Below are positions 57,548 through 64,000 of a stretch of DNA of 64,000 bases, one piece after another. Source of the stretch: Candidatus Poribacteria bacterium (GTDB lineage: Bacteria > Poribacteria > WGA-4E > JAJDTR01); NCBI GenBank assembly GCA_965222225.1, contig CBDCTK010000002.1:4672001-4736000 (forward strand). Reading direction: 5' to 3'. The position numbers and the translations under genes are program-made. Every line of letters starts with the position of its first letter. Position 1 is the stretch's first letter. The notes beneath the pieces are model-generated. The model was not told the DNA's origin, did not search any database, and was given only the letters and a program-made list of their open reading frames with translations.

Positions 57548-59068
57548 TCATAGACTATCGAGTTCTTTAACAGCCTGGATGCCGCTATCTAACGCTTCAA
57601 AAAGCAGTGGTAATCGGCTATTGTCTACCCCGGCGTAGACTAGATTAGGTTCAGATCGACGCGGGTTCTTATCCCTGAATAGGTAATGAGGTTTAGGAAC
57701 CGGCATTGCGTGTCCAAGCACCTTTATGAAAACCCGATCCACCAAACTGCTAACCTTTCGATTAAAAAATAGGTCGATCGTCTCTACCGTCTTATGGACA
57801 ATCTCCTGAGCGTTGTGCCGAATATTCGTAAGATACGGTCTCTGGTTGGGCTGGAAGCAGTAGTATGCCGTAAACACCCGTGAATCACCTACGCGAAGTT
57901 GAGAGGCGCTATCCACGAATCCCATGAAGGTCGCATCTTGGCTCAAGAACTCGTTCTGCCAAAACGCCTCCGCCCGGAGATTCTCCTTAAGAACGATGTT
58001 AAGCACCAACCAAGGCGCATATATGTTATCTTGAAAAAGATGGGCGTCGGGCGGAAACACATATTTTAGCGCATGTTTCCCTCCGGCGTAGATTACATTT
58101 CGTGCAAGGTAACGGTCAATCCGAGAGTTCTCAATATTTATTACGGTAACTTCGAAGCCGTTCTCAACTCTCTGAATACGCCGCACCAAGCGATTTGTCT
58201 TGATATTATCGCTGGGCAACACCGCCGCCATCTTGTTGACAAAGTAAGTGTTCCCCGCCGCCGGCGAAAACAGTTCCACGGATTGCGTGTAGTAAGGTCT
58301 ACAAGCATAGTAGTGGATTCCGGCGAGTGCAGAGACCGTCTCCGCGCCGGCGCCGTAGTCGTCCCTCATCTGGTAGTCAACCCCCTGTTTGAAGGATGGA
58401 GTTAATCTCAAAGTACGCTCAAGAAAGTCAAGAAAGCTTATTTCATCAAGCGACCATAAATCCTCCCGAATGATTCGCGTCGGCAGCTTCATCTCGCCCA
58501 GATAGGGAAGCACTAACTCCAAGAAATCAGTTTTGAGTTGCCCCGGTTCAAGGAGTTCCTCTCTTAATCCATTTGAGGTAAGGGTTTGGCCCTCCCGCTC
58601 GGCATTAATCAGATACTGTCGGTCGACAAAATTCCACGCCTCAACCAATTTATTGTAACGAATTACTCCCAGTTCTTCAAGGAAGTTTAAGGTTTCGCTG
58701 CCGTAATAGTTTGGGTAGGCTAACTCGTAATGCGCACCTTGTGAAAACACTTCACCGGCGTGAGATTCGCTCGCCGAAGTGCCGCCGAGTTGCGTGGATA
58801 ATTCGCAGAGGACGAAGTCCCTGTCCCGGAGTTGGCATGCCGCCGATAGCCCGGAGATGCCGCCGCCCACGATAAGATAATCCGTAGAGAACGTGTTCCC
58901 TGTTGGCAACGCGGCGCTATCCAAGATTAAATGTCCCGCCCGCATGTCCGATTTGATGGATATCTCATACGCTTGCCGATTGGGCTTATCGGATGTTGAA
59001 TCGCATGATTGACTGAGGATTCCTGCGAGGGCGAGTGAGGAAAGCTTAATGAACGTTCGACGGTTCAT
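57548..59068 (-). CDS. Tat-exported FAD-dependent amine-oxidase-like oxidoreductase
   Basis: MNRRTFIK twin-Arg signal, IVGGGISGL, LGGT, GAHY, DDYG, GIHYYACR, GHAM, FEALDSG. Confidence 0.78.
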   Translation of the reverse strand: MNRRTFIKLSSLALAGILSQSCDSTSDKPNRQAYEISIKSDMRAGHLILDSAALPTGNTFSTDYLIVGGGISGLSAACQLRDRDFVLCELSTQLGGTSASESHAGEVFSQGAHYELAYPNYYGSETLNFLEELGVIRYNKLVEAWNFVDRQYLINAEREGQTLTSNGLREELLEPGQLKTDFLELVLPYLGEMKLPTRIIREDLWSLDEISFLDFLERTLRLTPSFKQGVDYQMRDDYGAGAETVSALAGIHYYACRPYYTQSVELFSPAAGNTYFVNKMAAVLPSDNIKTNRLVRRIQRVENGFEVTVINIENSRIDRYLARNVIYAGGKHALKYVFPPDAHLFQDNIYAPWLVLNIVLKENLRAEAFWQNEFLSQDATFMGFVDSASQLRVGDSRVFTAYYCFQPNQRPYLTNIRHNAQEIVHKTVETIDLFFNRKVSSLVDRVFIKVLGHAMPVPKPHYLFRDKNPRRSEPNLVYAGVDNSRLPLLFEALDSGIQAVKELDSL

Positions 59069-59069
59069 G

Positions 59070-59094
59070 GTAGGAGCGACATGCTTGTCGGGAT
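59070..59094. repeat. GTAG-type REP-like palindrome
   Basis: GTAGGAG-CGACA-TGCT-TGTCG-GGAT directly abutting the start codon of the oxidoreductase gene. Confidence 0.45.
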
Positions 59095-59178
59095 TGTCAA
59101 AGTAGGACTAATACATCGGAGATTGTAGGGAAACAAGAACAATGGAACGATTTTTCTCACCGTAACCGGACTAGCACC

Positions 59179-62100
59179 TTATGCTGCCCAACGCTCCGAC
59201 AAAACTTCGGCTTGCTCCAAGACGGTTTCAGCGGCTTTAGCTTGTTTATCGGGTGGATAGCCGTATTTCCGCAGAATTCGCTTCACCAATCGGCGCAGGT
59301 TGGCGCGGACGCTCTCCTTCATCGTCCAGTCGATGGTCACGTTGTTTCGGACAGTTTTCACAAGTTCAGCCGCAATAGTGCACAAGGTCTCATCTCCCAA
59401 CACTTGCACGGCGCTGTCGTTGGTCTCAAGTGCGTCGTAGAACGCCAATTCATCGCTCGAAAGCCCCAACTCCTCGCCGCGCTCTACCGCCTCACGCAAC
59501 TCCCTTGCTGTTTGGATAAGCTCCTCAATCACCTGCGCGGCTTCTATTGTCCGGTTTTGATAAGCGCGAATTGATTGTTCCAACATCTCCGCGAATGACC
59601 GCGATCTTACGACATTCTGCCGTGAATGCGTCTTGATTTCATCGTTGAGCAACTTATCCAAGAGTTCGACTGCCAGGTTCCTTTGCGGTAAGTCCCGCAC
59701 CTCCGCGAGGAATTCGTCGGAAAGAACTGAGATATCGGGCTTCTCCAATCCGGCGGCGGCAAAGATGTCAACCACCCCTTCGGGAACGACAGCTCTTGAT
59801 ACCAACTGCTTGATTGCCAGGTCCGCCGCCTCGGACTGCGTTTCTTCTCTAGCCGTCAGCTTTTCCAAGACACCGCGCACCGCTTGGAAAAAGGCGACAT
59901 CGTCGCGGATTTCAATTGCCCTTTCGTGCGGCACTACTAGCGAAAAGGCTTTGGAGAGCGCAGTGACCTCATTCAGTAGGCGGGTTTTGCCATCTTCCAA
60001 GCCCAAGATATGCTCTTGAGCGGCGGGCAGTAGCCTGAGGCGTTCCTCGGTGTTTCCGTCATCCCACGACGACCAATCTAATCCGTGGAACAGCCCACAG
60101 CAGATTTCGTGTTTTTCCATCATTACGGCAATGGCTTCGGCTTTATCAATGGATGGCTCCCCTTTTCCTCCGCTGTCAGTGTAGTCCGCCAATGCTCGCT
60201 TGAGATGGTAGCCAATCCCGATATAGTCCACAATAAGACCACCGGGCTTTTCGCCGAAGACGCGATTGACGCGCGCGATGGCTTGCATAAGGGTGTGACC
60301 TCGCATCGGCTTGTCAACATACATCGTGTGAAGGCTAGGCGCATCAAATCCGGTCAGCCACATGTCGCGGACAATCACAAACTTCAACGCATCATCGGGA
60401 TTCTTGAACCGAACCGCCAGCTCTTCGCGCCGCGCTTTGTTGCGGATATGCGGTTGCCACGACTCGTCCTCCGACGCTTCGCCCGTCATTACAACCTTAA
60501 TAATCCCCTGCGTGTCCTCCTCATCATGCCAACCCGGACGCCTTTCCACAATGGCGTTGTAGAGATCGACGCAGATACGGCGGCTCATGCAGACCACCAT
60601 CGCTTTGCCGTCCATCGCATCCAACCGCTCCTCGAAATGCGTGATGATGTCATCGGCAACCAGAGCCAGACGCTTCTCCGTTCCGACCAGTGCCTCAAGT
60701 TGAGCCCATTTGGATTTGAGTCGCTCCTTGTGCCTTTCCTCCTCCCCTTCGGTCACCTCCTCAAATTCCGGGTCAACATGGGGCTTCTCGTTCTCGTCCA
60801 GCTCAATTTTGGCGAGTCGGCTCTCGTAGTAGATTCGGACAGTGGCACCGTCATCAACCGCTTGTTGGATATCATAGATGCTGATGTAGTCTCCGAATAC
60901 GTTTCGGGTGTTGCGGTCCGTTCCCTCAATCGGGGTGCCGGTAAAACCGATAAATGAGGCGTTCGGAAGCGCGTCGCGCATGTGACGGGCAAATCCGTCA
61001 ATAAAATCATACTGGCTGCGGTGGGCTTCGTCCGCAATGACCACAATGTTCCGTCGATCGGGCAGTTCAGGCAAGCGGAGTTCTTCATCTTCGGGAAAGA
61101 ACTTCTGCACCGTGGTAAAAACTACACCGCCCGAAGCAACTCTCAAGAGTTCGCGCAAATGTCCCCTGTCTCGCGCTTGTTCCGGCGTTTGTCGCAAGAG
61201 TTGGCTGCACCGAGCGAACGTACCGAACAGTTGATCGTCCAAATCGTTGCGGTCGGTAATGACGACCAGTGTCGGGTTTCGCATCTCCGGGCGCCGGATG
61301 ATACCCCCGGCGTAGAATGCCATAGTCAGGCTTTTGCCCGAACCTTGCGTGTGCCAGATAACGCCGCAGCGTTTGTCCCCGTCTGGGCGCGACGCCTTCA
61401 CGGTAGCATCGACCGCCGCTCTAACGGCGTGGAATTGGTGATAACCGGCAATCTTCTTGGCAATCGTATCGCCTCCCGTTTCCTCAAAGACAATGAAATG
61501 ACTAAGATAGTTTAGGAACCGCTCCTTGTCAAAGAGGCCCTTGATTGTTACCTCAATTTCCGGATCTGTTGATGCGGCTTCCGTTTCTCCCTCAATTGTT
61601 CGCCACGGCATGAACCGCTCCCGATCCGCCGTCAAAGAGCCGACGCGGGCCTCCACCCCGTCGGAAACAACAAGCGCCTCGTTATACGTGAACAGCCGCG
61701 GAATTTCCCGCTTGTAGGTCTGAAGTTGGCGAAAAGCGGACCACACGGTGGCGTTCTCGTCGGTCGGATTTTTGAGTTCAATCACGCCTAACGGGAGTCC
61801 GTTTACAAACAACACGATATCCGGTCGGCGTTCACTATTTTCCACGACGGTGAACTGGTTAACCGCCAGCCAGTCGTTGTTTTCGGGACTATCGAAATCC
61901 AACAACTGCACACGGTCACCGTGCATTGTGCCGTCGGAATCCCGATATTCGACCTCTATGCCATCAACCAACATGAGGTGAAATGTCCGATTGTTTTGAA
62001 ACAATGAGGGGGAGTTTGGAGAATGGACTTTTTGAACGGCTTCCTCTTGCGATACGGCGGGGATGTTCGGATTCAGGCGGCCAACCGCATCGCGCAAACG

Positions 62101-62247
62101 ACGCTCTAGCACCACGTCCTCGTATCTTGAGCGTTCAGCATCGGAAGTGTCCGGGCCGATGTCGGGACCGTGCAAGACGGAATAACCCATACCAGCGAGC
62201 CAATTCAGTGCGGCTGTTTCGATGTCGGATTCGGTGATGCTATTCAT
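59179..62247 (-). CDS. hsdR: Type I restriction endonuclease subunit R
   Basis: RPD...IELK nuclease motif, [37 protein letters not shown]3387-like tail. Confidence 0.97.
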   Translation of the reverse strand: MNSITESDIETAALNWLAGMGYSVLHGPDIGPDTSDAERSRYEDVVLERRLRDAVGRLNPNIPAVSQEEAVQKVHSPNSPSLFQNNRTFHLMLVDGIEVEYRDSDGTMHGDRVQLLDFDSPENNDWLAVNQFTVVENSERRPDIVLFVNGLPLGVIELKNPTDENATVWSAFRQLQTYKREIPRLFTYNEALVVSDGVEARVGSLTADRERFMPWRTIEGETEAASTDPEIEVTIKGLFDKERFLNYLSHFIVFEETGGDTIAKKIAGYHQFHAVRAAVDATVKASRPDGDKRCGVIWHTQGSGKSLTMAFYAGGIIRRPEMRNPTLVVITDRNDLDDQLFGTFARCSQLLRQTPEQARDRGHLRELLRVASGGVVFTTVQKFFPEDEELRLPELPDRRNIVVIADEAHRSQYDFIDGFARHMRDALPNASFIGFTGTPIEGTDRNTRNVFGDYISIYDIQQAVDDGATVRIYYESRLAKIELDENEKPHVDPEFEEVTEGEEERHKERLKSKWAQLEALVGTEKRLALVADDIITHFEERLDAMDGKAMVVCMSRRICVDLYNAIVERRPGWHDEEDTQGIIKVVMTGEASEDESWQPHIRNKARREELAVRFKNPDDALKFVIVRDMWLTGFDAPSLHTMYVDKPMRGHTLMQAIARVNRVFGEKPGGLIVDYIGIGYHLKRALADYTDSGGKGEPSIDKAEAIAVMMEKHEICCGLFHGLDWSSWDDGNTEERLRLLPAAQEHILGLEDGKTRLLNEVTALSKAFSLVVPHERAIEIRDDVAFFQAVRGVLEKLTAREETQSEAADLAIKQLVSRAVVPEGVVDIFAAAGLEKPDISVLSDEFLAEVRDLPQRNLAVELLDKLLNDEIKTHSRQNVVRSRSFAEMLEQSIRAYQNRTIEAAQVIEELIQTARELREAVERGEELGLSSDELAFYDALETNDSAVQVLGDETLCTIAAELVKTVRNNVTIDWTMKESVRANLRRLVKRILRKYGYPPDKQAKAAETVLEQAEVLSERWAA

Positions 62248-62297
62248 TGATTCTTGACGTTCAGTATTATTGCTAACGGTTTATTTTTGTAAGAGGG

Positions 62298-63535
62298 TTA
62301 ATGTGACGAGTTAACATGAAGGCTTTCACCCTGTATTGGACCACCTGAATTGGTCAACGGATCCCCAACCTCAAAGAAACCCTCCATCCAGAGGTGTCCT
62401 AACTTCCCTCCTGTCTCCATGAATTGATGAATTCCGCGCATGTCCACCGTGCGTTTGCAAACCGTAAACCCCTCCTCATCTCGATACAGTACCCACACCT
62501 CGTCGGCGTGGAGCTCGTTGATAAAATAAGGAAATGGGTAGTAATCATGAGTTGAGACGAGGCTGACGCCCCACGGCACTCGTCTGTCAAACTAGGCAAC
62601 AACCGTGGATGTAAGTGATTTTCAGGTTCTCCAATACCGATAAAGGGGGCAGGCTCTGGATCATGTAGCAGCGTGAGATACGAAAGCAACTTTAACGTGC
62701 CCTCCGAGGTAAACTTCGCCAAGATGGATTGCTCAAACGGTGCATCTTTTATCTGCAACAACAAGCGACCATCCGCCATCAGTTCTGCGTCTACCTTTTC
62801 TAGTCGTGGCACCTGATTTGACATAATTGAGAGAATCTTTCGCAAACGGCTTGGGTGCTGTTCTTTCAAATACTGGATAACGTTCGCCAGATTGTCTCCT
62901 GTTTCTGAAAGCTGCTCTCGCGGCCCCGTTGCTTCAACTCCGCGTGTGGCATCAATGGAAAGATGGGAGAGATGCCAGCCAGTAATGAAACGACGAAGGG
63001 GCCCAAGACGTGGGTAGCGCGACAATTGGCCAAGAGTGCTCGCAGCAAGTGTTGACGAATCATCAAACTGTTCATCGGTTTGCTCCGCTTCCTCATCTGG
63101 CATTTCACCCGCGATGACTCGTCCTGCGCCGTGACGAAAATCAAGAAAACGAAACGGCTTCCCCCGATTGCCGCGCCGCCAACTCATCCATTCGGATTCC
63201 ACAAAGGGGCCCTGTACTCCTTCATCAATGGCTAGATGATAGGTGATAATTGGCATTCCCGGTTTCTCACGATATTTCAAATCAAATTCAATTGCTCCAT
63301 CACTTCCCCGTGTTCGCAGATGCTTAAACCGCCCTCTTTTATCCCAGGCACGGCGCAATCCGATTGTGAAACATTCGGAGAGAAACGCAAATACATCAAG
63401 TAGCGTGGACTTTCCACTGCCATTGGGACCCGAGAAGACTGAAAGCGGCGTTATTTTTCGTAATTGCACATCCCGCAGAGAGCGGTAATCTTTCACGCGT
63501 AATGACTCAATGCGGGGAACGGTTTGTTGCAGCAT
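62298..63535 (-). pseudogene. ABC/AAA_21-type ATPase, frameshifted near 62533 with Walker B substitution
   Basis: GPNGSGKS, SEGTLK, IGEPENHLHP (family norm IEEPEN); ITTH then PYFIN continues in another frame. Confidence 0.8.
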
Positions 63536-63578
63536 CTGAATTGCCTCTATGGCTACCCTGACATGGCGACTATTTGTT

Positions 63579-63998
63579 TTACCCCTGTTGCGGCGTAGTA
63601 TAGCGAGCAACAAATTTGCTACTGTCAATATCCGGCTGTCCTTGTCGGGCATAGAAGGAGGAGAAGCGCGCGACAATATCCTTTACAAAGAAAGGCGAAA
63701 TCTGGATTGAGGGTTTTTCAAACTTTTCGTCGAATTCGTTTTTAGTCAGCGCGTTCATTTTTCTGAAATTAAGAAACCCACCGTCAAAAAAATCTGTTTT
63801 CGGCAACCAGTGGTAGTAAAATGTGTAATTGTTGTTGAATACCGCCTTGAGTGTTTCTTTCGTCTTCTCCCTTTTCCTCTTCTCGTCGCGCATCCTCTTA
63901 ACACTAACCAATGCCTTGTCTACAATATGATTTTCTTTTTCAATCTCAACGAGGAGAATACGATCTGTCCTGAATTCACCGTTACTTTTGAAAACGAG
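63579..63998 (-). CDS. Partial (5' end outside window) conserved hypothetical protein
   Basis: Open to the window edge: LVFKSNGEFRTDRILLVEIE...HWLP...GGFLNFR...ISPFFVKDIVARFSSFYARQGQPD; more AT-rich than its neighbours. Confidence 0.6.
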   Translation of the reverse strand, partial: LVFKSNGEFRTDRILLVEIEKENHIVDKALVSVKRMRDEKRKREKTKETLKAVFNNNYTFYYHWLPKTDFFDGGFLNFRKMNALTKNEFDEKFEKPSIQISPFFVKDIVARFSSFYARQGQPDIDSSKFVARYTTPQQG

Positions 63999-64000
63999 AT

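Noticed and set aside
60085-60957. 290-aa ORF on the + strand, and many similar shorter antisense ORFs
   Set aside because: Antisense shadow of hsdR (and of other confident genes) with no recognisable motifs
1-64000. CRISPR array, tRNA/rRNA/tmRNA/RNase P, reverse transcriptase, transposase or integrase
   Set aside because: No regularly spaced direct repeats or recognisable motifs found by eye; a divergent RNA gene could have been missed without a covariance search

Overview
A gene-dense 64-kb bacterial chromosome segment of roughly 50% GC, most likely from a Candidatus Poribacteria (sponge-symbiont-type) genome. That assignment is inferred from the C-terminal 'YQSFPNPGNPETWLPF...WDGQNELGETVASGIYYY' sorting domain, the PhyH dioxygenases, a giant YCF48/Asp-box lipoprotein and GTAG-type REP palindromes. 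Housekeeping blocks are aroK-aroB, nadB, valS, lpxL-lptC-lptA-lptB-rpoN-hpf-hprK-EIIA-HPr-EI, glnS-gltX and htpG. Both window edges look accessory or defence-like: a RecG-C/HATPase_c_4 gene plus a ParA-like gene at left, and hsdR, a decayed ABC/AAA ATPase and an unknown gene at right. I saw no CRISPR array, rRNA, tRNA, transposase or integrase. The most notable items are: (1) an apparently complete tetrahydrobiopterin operon (dual-domain PTPS, FolE and a Chlorobium-type sepiapterin-reductase-like SDR); (2) a ~180-nt structured leader ahead of two CNNM/CorC metal-transport genes; (3) a ~80-aa insertion inside sigma-54; (4) a GlnRS with altered HIGH/KMSKS motifs; (5) ureEFG with no urease structural genes nearby; (6) several different REP palindrome families; (7) four frameshifts confined to accessory genes. 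All family calls come from motif recognition by eye; no database searches were run.
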